64,000 nt of DNA, taken from contig JBJEGD010000042.1 in NCBI GenBank assembly GCA_051874735.1, positions 22,003 to 86,002 of the forward strand. Reading direction: 5' to 3'. The notes below the pieces were generated by a model. That model saw only the letters and a list, made by a program, of their open reading frames with translations. It searched no databases and was not told the DNA's origin. Each line of letters begins with the position of its first letter. Within the stretch, counting starts at the first letter, position 1. A program made the position numbers and the translations under genes. Of this stretch, positions 49,855 through 58,778 are shown one piece after another. This DNA is from Candidatus Bruticola sp. Lineage in GTDB: Bacteria; Vulcanimicrobiota; Xenobia; Xenobiales; Xenobiaceae.

Positions 49855-50883
49855 ATGGTAACAAAGTTAAAATCCAGGAATATCACAGAAAATGATTTTC
49901 CTGCAGATGCCGATGATCTAACTAAAGTATCGTTTATACTCCATTATGCCATTTTAGCTCCGTCCTCTTGGAACGCTCAGCCCTGGATGTTTAAACTGTA
50001 TGGCAACACTATTAAAATTTTTCACGACACTGAACGTCTGCAATCTCACCGCGATCCTTTAGGACGAGAGAATATTATTTCTTGCGGAGCAGCTCTGTGC
50101 AACCTGCGCATAGCCCTCAACCGTTTTGGTTTTATTGAAGACACTGTCATTATGCCGCCCAATTCGGAAGAAAATTTGGTAGCAGAAATAACTTGGAAAA
50201 ACAGCGGTGAAGCGGGTAAAGAGAATAGGCTTTTCAAAGCTATCCAACAGCGCCATTGTTACCGCAAACCATTCAGTGACAAAATTGTTGATCCCGAATT
50301 GATTGAGTTTTTTGTAAGCGCAGCCCAAAGATACGACTGCGAATTTGTGCCTATTACAACTAGCAGCACTCAGATGGCTCTGGCCGGCATGATAAGTGAA
50401 GGCGACAAAGATCTGGGCTCAGATTTAGCCACCCGCAAAGAATACGCCTCTTGGGTACGCAGCAGCGGACGTTCCGAAGACGGAGTACCCGGTTACGCTA
50501 TGGGCAACATGAGTACTGTAGCCAGCATTTTAGCCCCTCTAACTCACCGTGTCTTCAATTATACTGATGAATTTGCCAGAGGCGATCAGGCCCTGACTTG
50601 CGCTACTACTCTTCTAGGAGTGATAACTTCTCACACCGATACGCCTAGTGATTGGGTGCAAAGTGGCCAAGCCTTAGAACGGATATTACTCAGTGCGGCA
50701 GCTAACGGATTGCAAGCTTCCTTCCTAAATCAGCCCATCGCTGTAGAAGAGTTGCGCAAGCGATTACAAAGTCTTTTAGGCCTGACCGAATGGCCTCAGC
50801 TACTTCTGCGTATAGGTTATCCTACAGAGCCTCCCAAAATTACTGCCAGGCGCAAACTAGAAGATGTCCTTTTAATAGGTTAG
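49855..50883 (+). CDS. Acg-type FMN-binding nitroreductase family protein
   Basis: APSSWNAQPW, DP.GRE..ISCGAAL.NL, GQALERILL.A...GL.ASFLNQP, PQLLLRIGY. Confidence 0.88.
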   Translation: MVTKLKSRNITENDFPADADDLTKVSFILHYAILAPSSWNAQPWMFKLYGNTIKIFHDTERLQSHRDPLGRENIISCGAALCNLRIALNRFGFIEDTVIMPPNSEENLVAEITWKNSGEAGKENRLFKAIQQRHCYRKPFSDKIVDPELIEFFVSAAQRYDCEFVPITTSSTQMALAGMISEGDKDLGSDLATRKEYASWVRSSGRSEDGVPGYAMGNMSTVASILAPLTHRVFNYTDEFARGDQALTCATTLLGVITSHTDTPSDWVQSGQALERILLSAAANGLQASFLNQPIAVEELRKRLQSLLGLTEWPQLLLRIGYPTEPPKITARRKLEDVLLIG

Positions 50884-50916
50884 CTGAAGAAAAACTAAAA
50901 TAAATTGCGAAGGGTC

Positions 50917-50981
50917 AAGCCCCCTTACTGCTGAAGGCCACCTTAACAACAGGTCTTAAGAAGAAGGGGGCTTGTTATTTT
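50917..50981 (+). terminator. Terminator-like hairpin
   Basis: CAAGCCCCCTT...AAGGGGGCTTG-TTATTTT. Confidence 0.6.
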
Positions 50982-50999
50982 CAGCCGGGAAGAAAATTT

Positions 51000-53336
51000 A
51001 TGAGAATACTGCGTTCTTTATTAAATATCGGCACCTTCACATTGATAGTTGTTGTGCCTTTAATAGCTTGGACAGGTTTTTATGATGGAGTAGAAGAGCC
51101 CAAAATGGCAGTTACTCTCTGGGCTGCCATATTAGTAATATGCGCCTGGCTGACAGGATGCTTGTCTGGCAAGCTGCACTTCTGGCCGCAAAGTTCTCAT
51201 ATAAAAGTTGGGGCTTCCGCCTATATACTGCTGGCAGCTAGCGGATGCTGGGCGGGTCTAAAGATCCATCTATTAGAATATACAATATTTTACGGAATCA
51301 GCACTCTATTACTGTTGGCCTGGGACAATATTCTTAATTCTCCCTTAATGGAAAGTTTACTGACAAACTCACCAGATGAATCTGAGCAAGATGGCCTAGC
51401 GAATCAGCATAAAAAAGAAGACCAATCAGTAGAATTATCCCATCTGCCGCAGGAGCGAACAGAAAACAATTATCAGAATATAGTTACCCCCCAAAACTCT
51501 CCGAATAATTATGAAAACCGGCAGATGGCGGCAGGAAACTATATTTGGACCTTAATAGGCTGGCTAAGTCTAGCAGCTCTACTGGCTGGACTTTACTCGT
51601 GCCTGCAAAAAATAACTCCTTTGCAGCTGAGTATTTTTGGGCTGACTATAGGCGATCCTATGGGCTGGAATTATCCTCATTTATCTCAAGGACGGACTAT
51701 ATCCACTTTTGGTAACCCCAACTACTCGGGTGTCTGGTTCGCTGCTGTTCTCCCCCTCTCCTTATCTTGGTTGCTCACCCGCCTCACTCACAAATGGGCC
51801 AAGGCCGCTTCTTTTATAGCTTGGCTGCTCTGCGCTGTAGTTATCATTATCACCCAAACTAGGGCAGCTTGGCTTGGGTTCGGAGTCGGCATGATTGTCT
51901 GGTTCCTGACTATGATAGTAGCTTATGCTAACAAAAAAGCTGTTATAAAAGTAGGATTATCGGCTCTTCTAGGACTAACCGTTCTTAGTGCTCTTTATAT
52001 AGCGTATGCTGAACGAAATTTAGGTAGCAACAATATAAATCAATATACTACAACTGAAAGGATCCAAAGTTTTAAAGATCTTAATGATCCCAGCCTGCAA
52101 GCTAGACTATGGTTTTGGCAATCAGCTTGGCATACAGCCCTAGCCTTTCCCTTTACTGGGGTAGGACCTTATGGACAAGTTAACGCTAATTTGTTAGATC
52201 GCAGCTCTGAACCGATGGTCACACGCCCGCACGGCCAGCTTCCGACCTCAACTCACAGCCAATTTTTCCATATCTTGGCTACCGCCGGCTGGCCAGCTTT
52301 TATACTTTACTTAATCAGTGTGGCTTTAACCTTAAATTCAGCCAGACAAATAGAAAATATTTCTCTGCGGGCAGCCTGCTTAGGTGCCACTGTTAGCCTT
52401 TGGATAGCTCATATATTCACCAGCTTTACAGTATCTTCCGAATTGCTTTGGTTCTTTGTTACAGCTTCTGTCAGTGCAGTCTCTTCAGCCACCCATAAAA
52501 AGTCAGAACCCGATCTAGATTTAAATATCCCTTTAATGGAAATGGGCGGACGTACACGCTTAGCAGCTATTATAGGGACTATCATTATATTTGCCGCCAC
52601 TCTAGCCGTTCTCATGGACTTCGCCAGCCTGCGTTTAGGAAGTATGGGGAACAAATATTATCAAGAAGCTCAGCAGCTTAGGAAAAACCACAACGCCTCT
52701 ATAGCAGAGATTTTGCTGACTTATGATCAGGCCAACGCCTGTTATGAAGTCGCCTCTGCTTTAAGTCCGGCCTGGATGACTTGGCAATACAATTTAGAAA
52801 TAAGCCGGGTTTTTACAGAAATTAACTATCAAGTTTTACCTGTGCCAGACGACAAAATGTTATTTAAAGCCGTTGAATACGGCTCTATTGCCGCAGCTTA
52901 CGCTCCGGACAAGACGTTGCCATTAACGAATTTAGCCTATATTTTCTCCAGAGATCCTAAAAATTTGCCCCAAGCCCTTAAAGTTCTTAATCAAGCTCTC
53001 TATATCGATCCGCGCAATCCTAAAATTCTTATTCTAAAAGCCAACTGCTTCATTGAGATGAATCAATTTTCAGAAGCTCTAAAAATTTTAGACTACATAG
53101 ATTACATTACTCCCAATCTACCAGCTTCATTATACGATCGCCTGGTAGTATATACTTATTTAAACAAAATAAAAGAAGCAGATCTCCTTATGGAACAGCT
53201 GGCACAGCTAGATCAACAGGCTTATCAAGCAGCCTTGTCGTTTAAACAGCGCAGAAATGAGGCCCTTCAATCCTCCCTATCTCCAAAAACTAGGGAAAAA
53301 GGAAAGTATGAGGAACTTCAGCAGCAATCTAATTGA
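51000..53336 (+). CDS. O-antigen ligase (Wzy_C) family membrane protein with C-terminal TPRs
   Basis: RTISTFGNPN, TQTRAAWLG, R...W..A....P.TGVG, THSQFF; TPR tail. Confidence 0.85.
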   Translation: MRILRSLLNIGTFTLIVVVPLIAWTGFYDGVEEPKMAVTLWAAILVICAWLTGCLSGKLHFWPQSSHIKVGASAYILLAASGCWAGLKIHLLEYTIFYGISTLLLLAWDNILNSPLMESLLTNSPDESEQDGLANQHKKEDQSVELSHLPQERTENNYQNIVTPQNSPNNYENRQMAAGNYIWTLIGWLSLAALLAGLYSCLQKITPLQLSIFGLTIGDPMGWNYPHLSQGRTISTFGNPNYSGVWFAAVLPLSLSWLLTRLTHKWAKAASFIAWLLCAVVIIITQTRAAWLGFGVGMIVWFLTMIVAYANKKAVIKVGLSALLGLTVLSALYIAYAERNLGSNNINQYTTTERIQSFKDLNDPSLQARLWFWQSAWHTALAFPFTGVGPYGQVNANLLDRSSEPMVTRPHGQLPTSTHSQFFHILATAGWPAFILYLISVALTLNSARQIENISLRAACLGATVSLWIAHIFTSFTVSSELLWFFVTASVSAVSSATHKKSEPDLDLNIPLMEMGGRTRLAAIIGTIIIFAATLAVLMDFASLRLGSMGNKYYQEAQQLRKNHNASIAEILLTYDQANACYEVASALSPAWMTWQYNLEISRVFTEINYQVLPVPDDKMLFKAVEYGSIAAAYAPDKTLPLTNLAYIFSRDPKNLPQALKVLNQALYIDPRNPKILILKANCFIEMNQFSEALKILDYIDYITPNLPASLYDRLVVYTYLNKIKEADLLMEQLAQLDQQAYQAALSFKQRRNEALQSSLSPKTREKGKYEELQQQSN

Positions 53337-53348
53337 GGAGCGAGCGTA

Positions 53349-54965
53349 GTGATCGATAATTCATCACGAAATGTTGCCAATGCTGTCGGCAGTACCAGAG
53401 GCTTTGATAATCCGCAGGCTTTGAGCCTCAGTATACCTCGAGAGTTCAATATAGCAGATCATCTGCTGCAACAAGCTGTTTCTAAAAATGGAGAGAGCAT
53501 TGCGATTGTTTCGCCCAGGCAAATAGTGACCTTCAATAAGTTGGCTGCGCTAGTTAATCAAACTGGCAATTTCCTTCTTAATCACAAAGTTGGCATAGAG
53601 CGGCGTGTACTCCTTATGGTAAAAGATGGTATAAGATTCGCTTCTCTGTTTTTAGCAGCCATTAAAATTGGAGCTATACCAGTAGCTTTGCCCGCTCAGC
53701 TGCAGAGACACGAGTTGCGTTATCTGCTCGATGAATCAAGAGCTGCAGTAGCTATTATAGACCCTGACGACTTCTTAACCGTACGTGAACTCTGCCGAGA
53801 GCTACCCTGGAAAACTGAAGTTATTTCTTCTGTATCAACTGAAGCCTCGGGCGGTTCTTCTATGGAAGAAGAGAGACAAGAACTTAGCACAAATTTAGTT
53901 CCAGCTCCTACAACTTGCGATGACACAGCTTTTTGGGTTTACACTCAAGGATTGGCCGGATTTCCTAAAGCTACTATGCATATGCATCGTTCTCCGCTAT
54001 ATGCTAGTGCTAGTTACGCCCATGAAGTACTGAACATGGATGAAAACGACATTATTCTCAGCACCTCTCCGCTTTACAGCTGCCAAGGGATAATGGAGCG
54101 CATATTTTTTCCTCTCTATAGCCGCTCTTCTATAGTTATGCTTGAAAATGAATTATCTGGTAGCGAACTGCTTGATAAAATGCGCACTCATAAAGCCACG
54201 ATTCTTTTTTCCTCTCCTGACATATACGCCAAAATTTTGAAAAGTGCAGAAAATCAGCATGAATCGGTAAGTCTGCCCAATCTGCGTGCTTGCATCTCTA
54301 CGAATCAGATCTTGACTTTAGCTACTCAAATCAATTGGCGCAAAAAATTCGACATCGATATTATCAACGCTTTGAGCAGCACGGAAGAACTCTACGCTTA
54401 CATAACTAACCGGCCTAACTGCGTAAGGGCTGGGTCTTTGGGACAAGCGGCTCCAGGTTATACCATTCGTTTGGAAGACAAAAACGGGCTACAGATAGCT
54501 CCTGGTCAGATAGGCAACCTAATGGTATACGGTGGTTCTACCATGATCGGCTTCTGGAATAAGCAAAAAAAGACTAACAAGGTTTTGATAGGCCCTTGGC
54601 TTGATACCAGCGATAAATGCATAATGGATGAAGACGGCTTTTATTACTTTGCCGGTAAACGCGAAGATATGATGTTTATTGAAGATCACTGGGTCTCACC
54701 AGGAGATGTAGAGCAAAATTTACTCAATCAACCAGAGATAGCTCAAGCTGCAGTAGTCAGTACTGTTGATAAAAACGACAAAATGAGGCTGCGCGCTTAC
54801 GTTGTTCTTCGTCCGAATTTAGAACCAAGTGGTGAGATGGCTACGAGCTTACGCCTTAAAGCTAACCAGAATCAGCCTCTGCATATGCAAATTAAGTGGA
54901 TCGATTTTGTGCCAGATCTGCCGCGTTCCAACACCGGCAAAGTACAGCGCTACAAGCTGCGTTAA
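53349..54965 (+). CDS. Benzoate-CoA-ligase-like ANL-family protein with degenerate ATP-binding motifs
   Basis: FNIADHLL, AIKIGAIPV, CDDTAFWVY, GSLGQ..PGY, WVSP.DVE, LPRSNTGKVQRYKLR; P-loop reads YTQGLAGFPK. Confidence 0.8.
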   Translation: MIDNSSRNVANAVGSTRGFDNPQALSLSIPREFNIADHLLQQAVSKNGESIAIVSPRQIVTFNKLAALVNQTGNFLLNHKVGIERRVLLMVKDGIRFASLFLAAIKIGAIPVALPAQLQRHELRYLLDESRAAVAIIDPDDFLTVRELCRELPWKTEVISSVSTEASGGSSMEEERQELSTNLVPAPTTCDDTAFWVYTQGLAGFPKATMHMHRSPLYASASYAHEVLNMDENDIILSTSPLYSCQGIMERIFFPLYSRSSIVMLENELSGSELLDKMRTHKATILFSSPDIYAKILKSAENQHESVSLPNLRACISTNQILTLATQINWRKKFDIDIINALSSTEELYAYITNRPNCVRAGSLGQAAPGYTIRLEDKNGLQIAPGQIGNLMVYGGSTMIGFWNKQKKTNKVLIGPWLDTSDKCIMDEDGFYYFAGKREDMMFIEDHWVSPGDVEQNLLNQPEIAQAAVVSTVDKNDKMRLRAYVVLRPNLEPSGEMATSLRLKANQNQPLHMQIKWIDFVPDLPRSNTGKVQRYKLR

Positions 54966-55127
54966 TAAACTACGAAAGTAAGCGTATTGCTGCTGGAGTT
55001 TTTTCTAAAACAGGCTGAAAAAATTTTTTTCAGAAGCTTAATCCTATAACCCACAGCCAAAAGCAGCGGAAGGCGACTCACCAACGAAGCGCCATAGCTG
55101 CTTCCTGTTTTCATAAAATTAGCATTG

Positions 55128-55634
55128 CTATAGGAAAGGACCGCCGATAGATTCTTCAAGCTTACTGCGGTTTTCACGATTTATACGCATAGCCTCGTTT
55201 ATGCGTTCGTTACCGCGACGCACTAACTCCAGACCTTCCTCCAGTAAGGCAGGATCTTCACTCTCTACATAAACAAAAAAGACCTGCATGCCTTGGTTGT
55301 AAAGCTTAATACCCTCAAAACCTACTTCGAGTTCTTCTTTAAAATCTTCGGCAGCTTCTTCAGGAATCTCAATAGAGCGTATGCCTTGCTCTTTGTCTGC
55401 TAAAACAGCAGCAGTCTCTTCTAAAAAGCCGGCGAAATCTTCGGTACTCCATTCTCCAGAACTGACCTTTTCAACAGCCTGCTCAAAAATCTGCAGTCGT
55501 TCATTTATTATGGGCGACTCAACTTTAACTTCCTCTACTTCAGCTTCAGCCACATAACGCGGCAGAGCCGCCCCGCATTTTTTGCAGATCCTGGAATCCT
55601 GCTCGTTATCAAAACCACACTTTATGCAGAGCAC
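55128..55634 (-). CDS. Zinc-ribbon plus acidic helical-bundle protein (paralog of 40468..40980)
   Basis: CIKCG..N....ICKKCGAAL; GGAGG RBS. Confidence 0.78.
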   Translation of the reverse strand: MLCIKCGFDNEQDSRICKKCGAALPRYVAEAEVEEVKVESPIINERLQIFEQAVEKVSSGEWSTEDFAGFLEETAAVLADKEQGIRSIEIPEEAAEDFKEELEVGFEGIKLYNQGMQVFFVYVESEDPALLEEGLELVRRGNERINEAMRINRENRSKLEESIGGPFL

Positions 55635-55851
55635 AGAAATCGACCTCCAAGTTCAGTTGGCAAACAAATTAGTTTATCATTTACAATAAGCAAAGCCTGT
55701 AATTTGTGTTTTCGTATGAACTACCTTCCTTCCCTTCTGCCCATGTTTTTAAAGAAAAATTAAGCTTATCTGTGTAAAAAAGGAACGCCCTATAATTTCT
55801 AAAATTTAAGAGAAATAGCAGATCAACAAAAAAAAGGCCAGGTACATAAAA

Positions 55852-56640
55852 TTGTCAAAAGCTAAATCATTTATTTCTATTAGCTTAACCGCTGTTGCCT
55901 TAGTAATAATCAGCTTGGGAACTGTTTGGGCAGCTAAGCCAGATCAGGCACGTCAGTTAATAGAATCTCTTTATGCTCCCCAAGGAGTCATGCCCATACG
56001 TGACTTAGTTCTAGAATTAGAATGCTACGATCTCTCTAGCGAAAGCAATGCCTTTGTGCTCAGCTCCAACGATAAAATTTATTTCAAGGCTCCTAATAAA
56101 TTGCGCATTGACGCTGTGATCAACGATCCTGGCGGTCCTATGGACAAAAAAGAAGCTATTATCATTAGAGACGGCATAAACGTATGGCACTATATAAGCA
56201 TGGGACAATATCCAGTGAAAAAAGCCCTGGATCAACCTAGCGGCACCCTTAATTTACCCTTCAATATTCAGAGATACCCTATCGATGCCAATAAAAAGTA
56301 CACTATTAAGGGTAAAAAAACTATTGATGGAGTAGATACTACTGAAATACTCATTGAAAACCCTCAAGATGAAAACGATACAAAGACGGTTTATATAGAC
56401 GCCAAAAGATTAGTGCCTTTAAGATTAGATGCGATCAGAATCAGCGACAAGCAAAAGATCTTAGTCCGTGCTGAATATAAAGATATTGAAAAATTGGCCG
56501 ATGGTCGTTACTTTCCTAAAAAAATCGAAATTTACGAAAATGACGTCCATAAAAAGATGCGCGTATACAAAGGTTTAGAAGTAAACTGCGGACTTGATGA
56601 TTCTATGTTCAACCAAATGCGCGGTTTTGTAAATCCTTAA
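55852..56640 (+). CDS. LolA-like / outer-membrane lipoprotein-sorting family protein
   Basis: Signal peptide (VWA-A), IYFKAPNKLRID, IRDG..VWHY, VYIDAK..VPLR, EVNCGLDDSMF. Confidence 0.75.
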   Translation: MSKAKSFISISLTAVALVIISLGTVWAAKPDQARQLIESLYAPQGVMPIRDLVLELECYDLSSESNAFVLSSNDKIYFKAPNKLRIDAVINDPGGPMDKKEAIIIRDGINVWHYISMGQYPVKKALDQPSGTLNLPFNIQRYPIDANKKYTIKGKKTIDGVDTTEILIENPQDENDTKTVYIDAKRLVPLRLDAIRISDKQKILVRAEYKDIEKLADGRYFPKKIEIYENDVHKKMRVYKGLEVNCGLDDSMFNQMRGFVNP

Positions 56641-56703
56641 AAAAATAGATTATAGCAGCTCTACTGCAAATTATTTTTCACTCAGCTAAGTAAACAAAGA
56701 AAT

Positions 56704-56742
56704 AAAAAAAGCGGCCGAGAAACCGGCCGCTTTCTTATTTTT
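56704..56742. terminator. Bidirectional terminator
   Basis: AAAAAAAGCGGCCG-AGAAAC-CGGCCGCTTTCTTATTTT. Confidence 0.8.
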
Positions 56743-56813
56743 ATATATGCCGAATAATTTCAGCAACATTGAAGCTCAAAAGCTACAATTAACGATAAGG
56801 CATAACTGTCAGG

Positions 56814-58163
56814 TTAAAAATCCATATCCATACAAAGCTTTTCATCGAGATAGCTGCGCAAATCGGCAATTTTTACGCGTTCCTGCTGCATAGTATCGCG
56901 ATCGCGAACTGTTACAGTATCATCTTCTAAAGTATCGAAATCTACAGTTAAGCAGCAAGGAGTGCCGATCTCATCGTAGCGGCGATAACGCTTACCAATT
57001 TGACCGCGTTCGTCATAGTCTACCAAATAGTGACGGCGCAATTTGCCTTCCAGTTCTTTGGCTTTCTCAACTAACTGAGGCTTATTCTTTAAGAGAGGCA
57101 ATACGGCTACCTGAACGGGAGCTAAGCGAGGGTGCAGATGGAGAACCACGCGCACTTCTTCCTGTCCCTTAGCAGATATAGCGGTATCTTCATCGTAAGC
57201 ATCAGCGATAAATGCAAACGTAGCTCGATCAACGCCACCAGAAGGCTCGATAACCCAAGGCATGATATGCTCATTAGTATCAGGGTCGAAATAGCTCAAA
57301 CTCTTGCCAGAATATTCAGAATGACGATTCAAGTCGAAGTCGCTGCGGTTAGCAATACCTTCCAACTCACCCCAACCCCATGGGAAGAAGTATTCGACGT
57401 CGAAGCAACCTTTAGCATAATGAGCCAATTCATCTGGTTCATGCTGGCGCAAGCGCAGCTTATCTTCTTTTATGCCCAGTTTCTTATACCAAGCATAGCG
57501 GCTATCAACCCAGCTCTTAAAAGCCTGATCGGCATCTTCGGGACGAACAAAATATTCGATCTCCATCTGTTCAAATTCACGCATTCTGAAAGTAAAACGG
57601 CGCGGCGTAATTTCATTGCGGAATGACTTGCCGATTTGAGCTATACCAAAAGGCAACTTGCGGCGAGTAGAGGTCTGCACGTTAGCGAAATTTACGAAAA
57701 TACCTTGAGCGGTCTCCGGACGCAAAAATACGCGCGAAGTTTCATTCTGAACGACGCCCATTTGAGTTTCAAACATTAAGTTGAACTGGCGAACTTCAGT
57801 AAGTTCATGAGCTCCACCAGCTGGACACTCTGCATCAGGCGTGAGCTCATCAGCACGGAAGCGCTGCTTACACTTACGACAGTCAACTAAAGGATCGGAG
57901 AAAGCCTGAGTATGGCCTGAAGCTTCCCAAGTGCGCGGATGCATAAAAATGGCGGCATCGATGCCAACCATATCGTTCCTTTCCTGAACATTGGTGCGCC
58001 ACCAAATATCTTTAACATTTTTCTTCATTTGGGCACCTAATGGTCCGTAATCCCAACAGTTGGCCAAACCGCCGTAAATATCAGAACCAGGGTAAACGAA
58101 ACCGCGTCTCTTACAAAGAGAAACTATTTTATCGAACAGGTCTTCCTGAACTGGCTTTTTCAT
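56814..58163 (-). CDS. glyQS: Glycine--tRNA ligase, homodimeric (alpha2) type
   Basis: LCKRRGF, DYGPLG, LRPETAQGIF, GKSFRNEITP..F.FR.REFEQME, ELEGIANR, VIEPS.GVDR. Confidence 0.97.
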   Translation of the reverse strand: MKKPVQEDLFDKIVSLCKRRGFVYPGSDIYGGLANCWDYGPLGAQMKKNVKDIWWRTNVQERNDMVGIDAAIFMHPRTWEASGHTQAFSDPLVDCRKCKQRFRADELTPDAECPAGGAHELTEVRQFNLMFETQMGVVQNETSRVFLRPETAQGIFVNFANVQTSTRRKLPFGIAQIGKSFRNEITPRRFTFRMREFEQMEIEYFVRPEDADQAFKSWVDSRYAWYKKLGIKEDKLRLRQHEPDELAHYAKGCFDVEYFFPWGWGELEGIANRSDFDLNRHSEYSGKSLSYFDPDTNEHIMPWVIEPSGGVDRATFAFIADAYDEDTAISAKGQEEVRVVLHLHPRLAPVQVAVLPLLKNKPQLVEKAKELEGKLRRHYLVDYDERGQIGKRYRRYDEIGTPCCLTVDFDTLEDDTVTVRDRDTMQQERVKIADLRSYLDEKLCMDMDF

Positions 58164-58295
58164 AATAGCTCCAAATTACAAAAAAATAAAGCCGAGCCGA
58201 ACTTACAATCAGCGGCAAGTCCGGCCTCTGCTAAAAAAAGGGAATAACCGTTTCAGAATTTGTCCTGAAACATGCCGAACAAAAGGCTTAATAAT

Positions 58296-58571
58296 TTAAA
58301 CGTGCACCTCGGCGTCGCTGAAAATTCTGACAATACGATCGGAAAGAATCATCATTTCGACAGCTTTGGGAGTAAGATCGGCAGAGAAAGCGTTAATTAT
58401 ATAAAGATCGTCTTTGACTGTTCCACCTAAACTGGATACTAAACGACGATCTTCATCCTTCAGACCATCTTTAGTTTGAACTATCACATGCAAAACTTCA
58501 CTACCTCCGCGTGATACTGCACTGCGAAGTTCTCCATCGAGCTTCTGGTTTATTAATTTGGCTTGATCCAT
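58296..58571 (-). CDS. Stand-alone subtilisin propeptide / I9-inhibitor-like protein
   Basis: KLD..L...VIVQ...VSSLGGTVKDDLYIINAFSADLT...V..M....RI..I..D.EV matches the AprX/S8 propeptide pattern; no protease domain follows. Confidence 0.65.
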   Translation of the reverse strand: MDQAKLINQKLDGELRSAVSRGGSEVLHVIVQTKDGLKDEDRRLVSSLGGTVKDDLYIINAFSADLTPKAVEMMILSDRIVRIFSDAEVHV

Positions 58572-58778
58572 GCTTGTTTCGGCGCTCTCCTATCTGTTGA
58601 CTAGCTTCCCCAGCATAAAAACGGGGAGCGGTGTAAGACGAAATATACAAACAGCCGCTGCAGATATATTTTTTCACTGCAGTCGAAGCCTTTTTTACAA
58701 TAAAATCTGCAAGTTATGATCTGTAAAATAATCTAACAACTGCCGTCAGTATAACATAAACTCATACAGCTCTGCAGA

